NCBI GenBank assembly: GCA_902783315.1
Contig: CACZQK010000067.1
Span: 1-53,368 of the forward strand
Source of the DNA: an uncultured Erysipelotrichaceae bacterium
GTDB taxonomy: Bacteria > Bacillota_I > Bacilli_A > RF39 > UBA660
Direction of reading: 5' to 3'
Length of the DNA: 53,368 bases
Translations under genes and position numbers: made by a program
Notes under the pieces: model-generated
What the model was told of the DNA's origin: nothing
Databases searched by the model: none
Seen by the model: the letters and a program-made list of their open reading frames with translations, nothing else
Shown here: in pieces, positions 18,762 to 27,359 of the stretch
Position numbering within the stretch: the first letter of the stretch is position 1
Layout: each line of letters opens with the position of its first letter

Positions 18762-19418
18762 TTAATTATCTAAATCAATTTTTTCATCTTCCAAATCTTT
18801 TTTATATAAATCTGTTTCTTCTCTTTCCACCACATCTAAAAAATCTTCTTCAGAAGAATCAGCCTTAAATAAAGTGTAATCCTCTTCTTTATAATCTAAT
18901 ATATTATCACCAATTAAACTTTCAAGAACAACATTATTAAATTGAACAGTTCGTAAAATGGAACACATATTAACAATAACATTCATTAAATCTTTTTTAT
19001 TAACATAAGCTTCTATCTTAACATAATTATAAACAAACTGAATAAAATACTTTGAATTAACCTCATCAATCTGCAAATAGCCAGTTTTTTTATTACTATC
19101 TATTCTTTTAGAAAAATAGGCATTTTTTTCTTTATCATAAACATTTTCAACTTTATGGTAATAACTGATTGCATCAACATATAAATAATAGCGATTATTC
19201 TTCTCATCTTTCAAAATAGCATTATACTCATCACGGTTTAAAAATTGAATACCCTTTGGCAAATAATACTTGTAACCCTCATAAAAAACATTATATATTT
19301 TTACTTTTTTAGACAAGAGCATATCAACATTTTTATCCACATCGTTACAATCTATTTTTTCAATACTACAACCCGTTATAAAAATAATAATAGAGAGCAA
19401 AACAATTAATTTCTTCAT
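18762..19418 (-). CDS. lipoprotein, function unknown
   Basis: Signal peptide with lipobox (IIFITGC|S). Confidence 0.65.
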   Translation of the reverse strand: MKKLIVLLSIIIFITGCSIEKIDCNDVDKNVDMLLSKKVKIYNVFYEGYKYYLPKGIQFLNRDEYNAILKDEKNNRYYLYVDAISYYHKVENVYDKEKNAYFSKRIDSNKKTGYLQIDEVNSKYFIQFVYNYVKIEAYVNKKDLMNVIVNMCSILRTVQFNNVVLESLIGDNILDYKEEDYTLFKADSSEEDFLDVVEREETDLYKKDLEDEKIDLDN

Positions 19419-19490
19419 ATTTCACCTACTCTTATAACATTATATCATTTTTTTTGGTTTTTGAAAATTATTTTATATCTATTTACTACA

Positions 19491-20129
19491 TTAGACATTC
19501 TTTTTAGTACATAGTAAATAATAAATTGGTAAACCTTCTCTTGAAAATTTATCTTCATATTCTGTTGTAATTGTAGGCTTTCTATCATGATGAAAATCAA
19601 ACGAAATATCATTTAAGATATAGCCATTTTGACTAAAAGAAATGAGTGAATACTGATATAGTTGAAGATTATCTGTTCTCATTTCAATAATCATCATATC
19701 ACAAAATACTTTTTCATACTTTTCCAAAAAAACCGTACTAGATAAACGTCTTAAATGATGTCTTTTCTTTGGCCAAGGATCGGAAAAATTTAAATAAAGA
19801 TGACTTATTTCATGATCAAAAATATCGTCAATAAAAAGCGCATCTGCTTGAATTATTTTTAAATTATCCAATTTTTCAACAATATTCTTCAAGCATTTAG
19901 CTATAATACTATCACTTTTTTCAACACCTACAAAATTAATATTAGGATACTTTTCAGCATTTTCAATAATAAATTTTCCTTTCCCCATACCAATTTCAAC
20001 AAAGATAGGATTATCATTTTTAAATAGTTTTTTCCACTTTCCACGATTTTCCTTTGCTTCAAACAAAGAAATAAAATAAGATGAAGACTGAAGAATCTCT
20101 TCCTTATTTTTAACATTTCGAAGCCGCAT
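19491..20129 (-). CDS. trmB: tRNA (guanine-N7)-methyltransferase
   Basis: 212 aa with a SAM-binding motif (VEIGMGKGKF) and NFSDPWPKKRHHLRR, which are characteristic of TrmB. Confidence 0.9.
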   Translation of the reverse strand: MRLRNVKNKEEILQSSSYFISLFEAKENRGKWKKLFKNDNPIFVEIGMGKGKFIIENAEKYPNINFVGVEKSDSIIAKCLKNIVEKLDNLKIIQADALFIDDIFDHEISHLYLNFSDPWPKKRHHLRRLSSTVFLEKYEKVFCDMMIIEMRTDNLQLYQYSLISFSQNGYILNDISFDFHHDRKPTITTEYEDKFSREGLPIYYLLCTKKNV

Positions 20130-20210
20130 AAAATCACCTATTACTTATTCTATCACATATTGCCCACTTTTGCATAAAATAAATAAGAAAGAAATAAAGT
20201 TGGTGATAAA

Positions 20211-20384
20211 ATGAATCTTTATCCATTTCAAATTCCGATAATAAATCAAAATGATTACTACTTCATTTTAAAAGAATTAGAGGAAATTAAAAAACAAATT
20301 AAAAATTTAGAAGAACAAATAGATAAAAAAAACAACACAAATAGCAATTATTTAAAAAAAGATGACAATTATTATATGATTTAA
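20211..20384 (+). CDS. small ORF (57 aa), not in the ORF track, function unknown
   Basis: GGTGAT RBS 4 nt before the ATG at 20211. Sequence is MNLYPFQIPIINQNDYYFILKELEEIKKQIKNLEEQIDKKNNTNSNYLKKDDNYYMI. It sits in an otherwise empty 320-nt gap. Confidence 0.35.
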   Translation: MNLYPFQIPIINQNDYYFILKELEEIKKQIKNLEEQIDKKNNTNSNYLKKDDNYYMI

Positions 20385-20451
20385 AAGAAAAATATGCTCA
20401 TTTTCCAAAAGCATATGATATACTAATAGATAAGGAAAGTGAGGCAACAAA

Positions 20452-21765
20452 ATGTTAGAACTAAATACTATAGACAAAGAAAAATTTGACTCATTTGTAA
20501 GAAATCATAAAACAAAATCACATTTTTTACAATCAGTTTCTTGGGGAGAATTTGCCAAAGTCAAAAAAAATTTAACCCCTTATTATCTAGGACTAACCAA
20601 TGAAAAAGGAGAAATCTTAGGAGCAACCCTCTTACTTGAAAAAAAGCTCCCACTAAATTTCTGCTACTTTTATGCACCTCGAGGCTTTGTAATAGATTAT
20701 AATAACAAGCACTTAACACAAAGTATGACAGAAAAAATAATAGAGTTTGCCAAAAAGAAAAAAGCTATCTTTGTAAAGATTGATCCAGATATTGTAAAAA
20801 CATCGATAAACTATAAAAATGAGAAGCAAGACAATAATGATTTTGATGAAATATTTACTACTTTAAAATCATGTGGCTTTAAACACTTGGGCTTCACCAA
20901 AAACTTTGAAACAATGCAGCCAAGATATACGTTTCGCATTGATTTAAATCAATCGCTAGAAGAAATAGAAAACCATTTTTCAAAAACGACCAAACAAAGA
21001 ATAGCAAAAAGCATAAAACTAGATACTGAAGTGATAATTGGTACAAAAAACGATATTCATGAATTTTACCATTTAATGACACTAACTGAAAATAGAAAAG
21101 ACTTTGTATCATATAACGAAGACTATTACGAAACTTTATATGAAATATTTAATGGAAATAAAAACAGTAAAGCCACCTTGTTCTTGGGAAAAGTACATAT
21201 AAACAAAACCATAAAAGCTCTTGAAAAAAACTTAAAAGATATTAACAATCAAATTTCTATTTTACCAATAGACAATTTAAGCAAAAGTGCTAAAACCAAA
21301 CTAGCTGAATTAACAAAACAAAAAGAAAATACGATAAATGAAATTGAAAAATACAAAGAATATAAAAAACAGTATGGCTTAGATTTAACCCTTAGTGCCC
21401 ACATGATAATTGAATATGGTGATAAAGCATGGGTTCTATATGCAGGAAACCACAATATTTTAAGTGAAACTTACGTTAACTATAACACCTATTTTGAGCA
21501 TATTAAATATTGTAAACAAAAAGGCATAAAAATTTATGATCAGTTTGGTACAATAGGCGATTTATCTAAAGAAAATCCTAGATTAGGATTACATGAATTT
21601 AAGAAAAAGTTTGGTGGAGATTATATTGAATTTATTGGAGAATGGGACTATATAATAAATTATCCTATGTATTTTATTTTTACAAAATTAGTTCCAATTT
21701 ATCGTAAAATAATAAAGCAAAAAAGCAAAAAGGAGTTAAAACATGAAATTAGTAAATCTGAATAA
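20452..21765 (+). CDS. FemAB-family peptidoglycan interpeptide-bridge aminoacyltransferase (paralogue 1)
   Basis: 437 aa with FLQSVSWGEFAK and YAPRGF motifs, a central coiled-coil insertion and a C-terminal YDQFG...GLHEFKKKFGG. Confidence 0.85.
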   Translation: MLELNTIDKEKFDSFVRNHKTKSHFLQSVSWGEFAKVKKNLTPYYLGLTNEKGEILGATLLLEKKLPLNFCYFYAPRGFVIDYNNKHLTQSMTEKIIEFAKKKKAIFVKIDPDIVKTSINYKNEKQDNNDFDEIFTTLKSCGFKHLGFTKNFETMQPRYTFRIDLNQSLEEIENHFSKTTKQRIAKSIKLDTEVIIGTKNDIHEFYHLMTLTENRKDFVSYNEDYYETLYEIFNGNKNSKATLFLGKVHINKTIKALEKNLKDINNQISILPIDNLSKSAKTKLAELTKQKENTINEIEKYKEYKKQYGLDLTLSAHMIIEYGDKAWVLYAGNHNILSETYVNYNTYFEHIKYCKQKGIKIYDQFGTIGDLSKENPRLGLHEFKKKFGGDYIEFIGEWDYIINYPMYFIFTKLVPIYRKIIKQKSKKELKHEISKSE

Positions 21766-23029
21766 AGAAGAATTTAAAAGATTTGCAGATAATCACGACC
21801 AAATTACTTTCCATCAAACAGAAGAATGGGCCAACTTAAAAAGACATACTGGATGGAAAGCCTACTATGTAGGGCTAAAAGAAAACCAAAAAATCATCGC
21901 TGCTGCCCTTCTTTTAGCAAAGGAAATACCAGTTATAAGAAAAAAAATGTTTTATTCTCCTAGAGGATTTCTAATTGATTATACTAATAAGGAAGTCTTA
22001 GAAACATTTACAAAGGAAATAAAACGATTTATAAAAAAAGAAAGAGGAATATTCATAAAAATTGACCCTTACGTAGAATATCAAGAAAGAGATAATAATG
22101 GAGATATTGTGGATAATGGCTACAATAACAAAGTAGTAATAGAAAATCTAAAAAAATTAGGATACAAGTTTTTTGGATTTAATATTATGCAAGATACACT
22201 ACAACCTAGATGGATGCACGTGATTGAAATCAATGGGAAAAGCGAAGAAGAAATCCAAAAAGAGATGGAATCAAAAACTAGACAAATATTGCGAAAAAAT
22301 GAGAAAGCCGGCATTAAAACAAGAGAAATAAAGAAAGACGAATTACCTCTATTTAAAAGTATTATGGAACATACAGGAGATAGAAGGGATTTTATTGATC
22401 GCCCACTATCCTATTATGAAGCAATGTGGGACACACTAGAACCAAGTGGAATTTTAAAAATACTGATTGCCGAAATAGATTTTAATGAATATGAAATCAA
22501 TACCAAAAATGAATTAGAAGCAACACAAAAGAATTTAGAAGACAGAATATATAAACATGACAATCAAATATTAAAAATGAATGAAAAAAAATATATATCA
22601 ACAAATAAACAAGACCAAGATTCTATTGAAAGATTAAAAAAGCAAATAAAAAAAATAAAAGCGTATAAAGAAGAATTTGGAGATAGAAAAGTTTTAGGAA
22701 CAATTTTATTTTTAATATATGGAAATGAAGTATTGTCCCTTTTTGGAGGAACAGATGATAACCTATTACAATTTCAATCAGCATATACAGTTCATTACGC
22801 AGGAATAAAATATGCAATAGAGCATGGATATAAGAGATATAATTTCTATGGAATAACAGGAGACTTTACAAGCAAAAACCCACTATATGGATTATATCTA
22901 TTTAAAAAAAGTTTTGGAGGACATGTTGTAGAATTAATAGGAGAGTATGATTTAATAGTTTCAAAATTTTGGTATAATTTATATAAATTAACCTTTAAAA
23001 TATATCACAAGCTCAAAAATAAAAAATAG
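21743..23029 (+). CDS. FemAB-family peptidoglycan interpeptide-bridge aminoacyltransferase (paralogue 2)
   Basis: 428 aa with FHQTEEWANLK, YSPRGF, a coiled-coil insertion and YNFYG...GLYLFKKSFGG. Overlaps paralogue 1 by 23 nt. Confidence 0.85.
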   Translation: MKLVNLNKEEFKRFADNHDQITFHQTEEWANLKRHTGWKAYYVGLKENQKIIAAALLLAKEIPVIRKKMFYSPRGFLIDYTNKEVLETFTKEIKRFIKKERGIFIKIDPYVEYQERDNNGDIVDNGYNNKVVIENLKKLGYKFFGFNIMQDTLQPRWMHVIEINGKSEEEIQKEMESKTRQILRKNEKAGIKTREIKKDELPLFKSIMEHTGDRRDFIDRPLSYYEAMWDTLEPSGILKILIAEIDFNEYEINTKNELEATQKNLEDRIYKHDNQILKMNEKKYISTNKQDQDSIERLKKQIKKIKAYKEEFGDRKVLGTILFLIYGNEVLSLFGGTDDNLLQFQSAYTVHYAGIKYAIEHGYKRYNFYGITGDFTSKNPLYGLYLFKKSFGGHVVELIGEYDLIVSKFWYNLYKLTFKIYHKLKNKK

Positions 23030-23051
23030 TACAGAATACTATTTTTTTTAA

Positions 23052-23951
23052 TTAAACATCATATTGAGTTAAATTATATCTATTGATTGCATTATGCAAA
23101 TTATCAGCATATTTAGCATCTTCCGCATAATGTTTTACACCTTCAATTGCCCCATCAACTGATGAACCTTTTAATTCTGGTCGATAACCAACCATCAAAC
23201 CTAAATAATCCTCAACACAATCCTCAACGCAATCATAAGCACGCATAGAATCAACTCTAGGTGCTTCAAAATAAGCCCCACCAGAGACGCTTCCAGTAGC
23301 ATGTTTGGGATTGCTAGCCCATTTTGGAATGGATACTGAATCATTTCTTGTTCCATCTTTAGCTACAACATAATCGCGAGATCCAAACATTTCAGAATTA
23401 ACATTCAAAATATTATTATTATCATTTAACCAACTACCACTCTTATCCCATCCAGATTCTTGTATAATTTGCGCTAACATAACAGACTTAGGAAAACCAT
23501 ATTTCTTACAATAAGGATCAACAACACTAGACATCTTATCAAGAAATTCCTTTTGTGCCGTCTTATCTCCATTATTAGCTCGATCTCCCAAATCATGAAG
23601 ATCAGAAGCCTGAGTATTACCAGATTTAGTAGAAGTAGTCGTACTACCTGCTGATTTAAATTCTTTCACAGCTTGATTAACAGAAGTTTTATACTCATCA
23701 CTTGCAGAAGATAAGAAACTAGCTGTATCATTAAAAGCTCCTTTCATGCTAGAAATTTTTGCTGAGATTTTACCAAACTCATCTTTACAAGAGTCAGCAA
23801 TAGGTCCCATAAAAATAGACCCACTACTTAATTGTGACTGACATGCTTTAATATCAGATTCTGCTGTATCTATCGCATTATTTGCAGTACTAACATTTTC
23901 GATTGCATTACTAAAATCTCCAAAACTTGAAAAACCATGTGCTTCACTCAT
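23052..23951 (-). CDS. signal-peptide-less protein: helical N-domain + Ser/Thr linker + GH73-type N-acetylglucosaminidase domain
   Basis: 299 aa. The N-terminal ~100 aa are predicted helical with no hydrophobic signal, followed by a GSTTTSTKSGNT linker. The C-domain has MLAQIIQESGW (Glu165) as in FlgJ/GH73 glucosaminidases. Confidence 0.7.
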   Translation of the reverse strand: MSEAHGFSSFGDFSNAIENVSTANNAIDTAESDIKACQSQLSSGSIFMGPIADSCKDEFGKISAKISSMKGAFNDTASFLSSASDEYKTSVNQAVKEFKSAGSTTTSTKSGNTQASDLHDLGDRANNGDKTAQKEFLDKMSSVVDPYCKKYGFPKSVMLAQIIQESGWDKSGSWLNDNNNILNVNSEMFGSRDYVVAKDGTRNDSVSIPKWASNPKHATGSVSGGAYFEAPRVDSMRAYDCVEDCVEDYLGLMVGYRPELKGSSVDGAIEGVKHYAEDAKYADNLHNAINRYNLTQYDV

Positions 23952-24028
23952 ATAATCACATCCTACATTATAATAATTGTACTAAAAAAATAGTAAAAAG
24001 TCCACCTAAACATTTTAAAATCTTAAAA

Positions 24029-24075
24029 CAAAAAAAATTCAACTTTGATGATAATAACACCAATTGAATTTTTTG
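24029..24075 (-). terminator. rho-independent terminator after the WXG operon
   Basis: AATTCAA (24036-24042) pairs with TTGAATT (24064-24070). It is flanked by an A-run and a T-run, so it could act in both directions. Confidence 0.6.
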
Positions 24076-24099
24076 CTTTATAAATACCAACTAATAAAA

Positions 24100-24402
24100 T
24101 TATCCAGCATTTTGAACAACAGCTGTTGCTGCATCCTCAGCTTCTTCATCAGTAGCAACAACTGAAAGAATATGGTCAGTATCTGCATTCATTCTATTAT
24201 AAAAAGCAGGATACTGTGCTTTTATTTCTCCATACATATCTTGAACTTGTCTAGAGCCCTCACCTTGCCAATCTTCAGCCAACTTATTCATTGTAGAAGT
24301 CATTTTATTAAAAATAGCATTTACTCTTTGAGCATTGTCCTTTATTTTTTTTGCCAAATCTCTTGCTGCTTCATAATCGCTTACATCAAATTCTGTTTCC
24401 AT
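24100..24402 (-). CDS. WXG100-family (EsxA-like) protein
   Basis: 100 aa from the ATG at 24402, with a GAGGAGG RBS. W45-Q46-G47 (LAEDWQGEGS) lies between two helices. The start is 1 nt downstream of the stop of the preceding gene. Confidence 0.85.
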   Translation of the reverse strand: METEFDVSDYEAARDLAKKIKDNAQRVNAIFNKMTSTMNKLAEDWQGEGSRQVQDMYGEIKAQYPAFYNRMNADTDHILSVVATDEEAEDAATAVVQNAG

Positions 24403-24403
24403 A

Positions 24404-24724
24404 TTAAACCTCCTCAACTCCTAATTTGGCAGCATTACTTTTATTAGTTCCCTCTGCATCTGAAAGAATACCAGAAGCAGTTTGCAATGCAAGTCCCTTT
24501 TCGTTTAATAATTGTTGAAAATCAGTTATCTTTTTCATTTCTACTTCAAAAACATCTGAAAAAGATATAGCTGAAGCACCATGCCAAATATCCATTAAAG
24601 CATTCTTGTTTGCTCGAAAGCTATTTAATTCTGCTAACAATTCATCAGCATATTTTACCATATAATTTCCATCAGACCTTATTTCTTCTGGACTTGCAAA
24701 CAATCCATTTGTATATTGACTCAT
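24404..24724 (-). CDS. WXG100-family (EsxB-like) protein
   Basis: 106 aa with W47-H48-G49 (DIWHGASAISF). GGAGGA RBS. Confidence 0.8.
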   Translation of the reverse strand: MSQYTNGLFASPEEIRSDGNYMVKYADELLAELNSFRANKNALMDIWHGASAISFSDVFEVEMKKITDFQQLLNEKGLALQTASGILSDAEGTNKSNAAKLGVEEV

Positions 24725-24806
24725 ACGTCTTATTCCTCCTATCTTTTATTTAATTATATAACACTCATTTAAACTTTAACAACAAAAATTACAAAACTTT
24801 ACACAT

Positions 24807-25094
24807 TTAAATACTTAAACCTGATAATTCACCCTCTAAACTTTCAATACTATCAGCTGCTGATTTTACAAACTCCCCTAAAGAATTAATATATTGTGCA
24901 TTAGCTAAAGATGCCTCGACCTGAGCAGAATTAGATCCTTGAAAAGCAACACTTGCATCACCACTCCATGATGATAGCGAACTTTCAATATCAGAAGAAT
25001 AAGTATTAATTGCTGATGAAAGCTGACTTGCTATTTGACACAACTTTTCACCATTTGCTCTTACTTGAGCAAAATCACAAACATATTTTGCCAC
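24807..25094 (-). CDS. WXG100-like protein (start ambiguous: GTG 25094 or ATG 25121)
   Basis: SSWSGDASVAF. From the GTG at 25094, which has a GGAGTGGAG RBS and sits 1 nt after the upstream stop, WSG falls at residues 43-45 of a 95-aa protein. The ORF track instead uses the ATG at 25121. Confidence 0.7.
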   Translation of the reverse strand: MAKYVCDFAQVRANGEKLCQIASQLSSAINTYSSDIESSLSSWSGDASVAFQGSNSAQVEASLANAQYINSLGEFVKSAADSIESLEGELSGLSI

Positions 25095-25095
25095 C

Positions 25096-26142
25096 TTAAA
25101 TCTCCACTCCTTCCTGTTCATTTGTCAATTCTTTAACATTTGAAACATCTTCAACCTTGTTACTAATAATAGATGAAATATTTTTAGTATCACCACTAAC
25201 ACTTTTTGCAGCTGAAGAAAGATTTCGTATATCATAGACACTACCACAGTTTTCAATAATAGAATTATTTTCAATTAATTTATCACAAATTTCAGATCTT
25301 CTCAAAGTTTTACTGTTTTGATCAACAAGGAAATAAAGCTTGTCAGCATTACTCTTCTCATGAGTACTTACTCCTATAACCCCATGAACAACAGTACCAT
25401 CTTTTTGTTTAAATTCAATGACATCTCCTACTTGTCCAACAGAAGAGTCACAAGCAATCACAAAAGAATCTCCAATTGTAGCATAGCCTTCTTTATAATC
25501 AAATTTACTATCTGTAAATAAAGCCTTAGATTCCGTAGTAAGTTCTTTATCTATAACAGCATACCCAGTAGAACTAATTTTAGTATCTACAACACCAACA
25601 CGGTTTTTAACGTCTTCTTCTTCCGCTTTTTCACTCACAGGAACCATTGGAGCAATAGCTGGAACTACACCAGTAGCTAATCCAACTGGGGGAGCATATC
25701 CACCTCCGCCACCTGAGCTACCATTTGAGCCGCCACCCGAGCTACCACGTGAACCACCACCTGAGCTACCATTTGAGCCGCTACCTGAGCTACCATTTGA
25801 ACCGCTACCTGAGCTACCATTTGAACCGCCACCTGAGCTACCATTTGAGCCACCACCTGAGCTACCATTTGAGCCACCAGGAGTAAATTTCATACTATTT
25901 TGAAGATTAGTATGAGAACTACTTACTGTCTCAAGAAGATTTGCAGTATTTTCCATTTTAACTGCACAAGCTTCAATGTTACTAGCAATAACACTTTTAG
26001 CAGAATCAAAATTAAAACCATCCTCACAACTAGTATCATAACCACTAACATTACTAGAAATAGATCTTACTTGAGAAGCTAATGACTGTACAGAACTAGA
26101 AGCCGAATCAAGAGCACTTGTTTCTAAAGAAAATAAAGACAT
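25096..26142 (-). CDS. signal-peptide-less protein: Ser-rich helical N-domain + (GGGSNGSS)x7 linker + unassigned C-terminal domain
   Basis: 348 aa. The N-terminus MSLFSLETSALDSASSSVQSLASQVRSISSNV resembles small Ser-rich T7SS effector-type helices. No TM helix or signal peptide. The ~190-aa C-domain (GYATIGDSFVIACDSSVGQVGDVIEFKQKDGTVVHGVIGV) has an unknown fold. Confidence 0.65.
   Translation of the reverse strand: MSLFSLETSALDSASSSVQSLASQVRSISSNVSGYDTSCEDGFNFDSAKSVIASNIEACAVKMENTANLLETVSSSHTNLQNSMKFTPGGSNGSSGGGSNGSSGGGSNGSSGSGSNGSSGSGSNGSSGGGSRGSSGGGSNGSSGGGGGYAPPVGLATGVVPAIAPMVPVSEKAEEEDVKNRVGVVDTKISSTGYAVIDKELTTESKALFTDSKFDYKEGYATIGDSFVIACDSSVGQVGDVIEFKQKDGTVVHGVIGVSTHEKSNADKLYFLVDQNSKTLRRSEICDKLIENNSIIENCGSVYDIRNLSSAAKSVSGDTKNISSIISNKVEDVSNVKELTNEQEGVEI
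25699..25878 (-). repeat. in-frame 24-bp tandem repeat (~7 copies) encoding a Gly/Ser linker
   Basis: The plus strand repeats ACCTGAGCTACCATTTGAGCCGCC with a few substitutions. It encodes GGGSNGSS units (residues 89-148). Confidence 0.9.
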
Positions 26143-26170
26143 ATAATAGTCCTCCTATCCAAAATATTTA

Positions 26171-27178
26171 TTATTTTGGGCTATATACCCAACCGCTTTT
26201 TGTTTGAGAAGCAACCAAATCCAAGTTCCACCAATGACAATTATCTTTATGCCCGGGATCTGCAACTAACACCTCATTTGTTTCTGAATTATATCCTCTA
26301 GCAACAATAAAATGACCATTACTTGTAAAATCCCCTGGACCCACATTAAGAATAACTAAATTCCCTTGACTTAAGGCTGTTGAAACATTTTGACTAGTAA
26401 CATTTTCCACACTTTCACAAGGAACTCCCATTGCTTCACTATAAGCAGTAAAAAATTCATGATCAGTACCAGAAGAATCATGATAGCCATTCTCAGCACT
26501 CCAGTCAGCAGCTTCATTAGGTGTAACATTTTTTCCAAAAGAAGCCATAACCATAGCCGCTGCACAAGGCCCACACCCAGATTTTCCCATAGTATTACTT
26601 CCACCAGCACTATATTTATAATCAGCCCAACCAGCGCCTTGATTATAATAAACAAAATTATTATCATCTGCCCAATTCTTAATAGCAGAATTTAGGCTAG
26701 TACCAAAAGCCGATAAATTAGAAGTAGAGATAGATGATACATCCAACTTTTCACTAGAAGCTTCCTGCAGCGAAGCTTGAATCTGAACTTTCTTTTCTTC
26801 CATTATTTTAGTATATTTATCAATTTCAGTTTTAAGACGATTCATATCACTTTTAGCTCTACTCATACCAGCAGAGTCATTACAGCTGGCAGCTCGATTA
26901 TAATAGTCAGCAGCTTTTGCATAATTGCTTTGGGCAATTTTCAAATTATCTTTTGCACTCTTATATTCCAAATACAAATCACATGCCTTAGCAAAAGAAT
27001 TCATCTGCTGAGTAATAGTAGTAGAAAAACTACTAGAAAAATCAGCTACTTGAGATTTAAAATTATTATACGAGTCTCCTTGCCAAGCAGCAGACAGTCC
27101 ACTAATAGAAGAATCAAAATTAGAGAAAGAAGACATAAAAGACATCGAATCACTATTTACCATCCCACTCGATACCAT
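26171..27178 (-). CDS. signal-peptide-less protein: WXG/LXG-like N-domain + coiled coil + papain-like (C39-like) cysteine peptidase domain
   Basis: 335 aa with an AAGGAGG RBS. W32-Q33-G34 (LSAAWQGDSYNNF) is followed by a helical region. The C-domain has GKSGC202GPCAAAMV, NGH289FIVARGY and VAD307PG, forming a Cys/His/Asp triad pattern. Confidence 0.7.
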   Translation of the reverse strand: MVSSGMVNSDSMSFMSSFSNFDSSISGLSAAWQGDSYNNFKSQVADFSSSFSTTITQQMNSFAKACDLYLEYKSAKDNLKIAQSNYAKAADYYNRAASCNDSAGMSRAKSDMNRLKTEIDKYTKIMEEKKVQIQASLQEASSEKLDVSSISTSNLSAFGTSLNSAIKNWADDNNFVYYNQGAGWADYKYSAGGSNTMGKSGCGPCAAAMVMASFGKNVTPNEAADWSAENGYHDSSGTDHEFFTAYSEAMGVPCESVENVTSQNVSTALSQGNLVILNVGPGDFTSNGHFIVARGYNSETNEVLVADPGHKDNCHWWNLDLVASQTKSGWVYSPK

Positions 27179-27208
27179 AAATACCTCCTTGCTACCATCC
27201 TATAAAAA

Positions 27209-27237
27209 ATTATATCATCAAATCACTAAATATACAA
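27209..27237 (-). promoter_or_regulatory. candidate sigma-A promoter of the WXG/hydrolase operon
   Basis: Minus strand has TTGTAT (27232-27237), a 17-nt spacer, then TATAAT (27209-27214), about 30 nt upstream of the ATG at 27178. Confidence 0.5.
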
Positions 27238-27359
27238 TTCTATTTTTTACAAAAAAGTAGTTTAGTTATGTATAATTACAGTAAAAAAGAATATAAAAAG
27301 AAAAAAAACTTTAAAAATAAAACATAAAAAGGATTACTAAGCAAAACAAATATACACAC

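Noticed and set aside
25677-25877. 66-aa ORF on the minus strand with a striking MAQMVAQVVAQ... repeat
   Set aside because: It is an alternative frame of the 24-bp Gly/Ser tandem repeat inside the 348-aa gene. It has no RBS and its periodicity is simply inherited from the repeat.
25699-25878. Regular short direct repeats that might be a CRISPR array
   Set aside because: The units are contiguous with no spacers, are only 24 bp long, and lie in-frame within a long ORF. No cas genes are present.
26371-27205. Three ORFs (26371-26667 on the minus strand, 26390-26695 and 26777-27205 on the plus strand) overlapping the WXG-peptidase gene
   Set aside because: They are alternative or antisense frames with low-complexity sequences, while the 335-aa frame carries clear WXG and Cys/His/Asp motifs.
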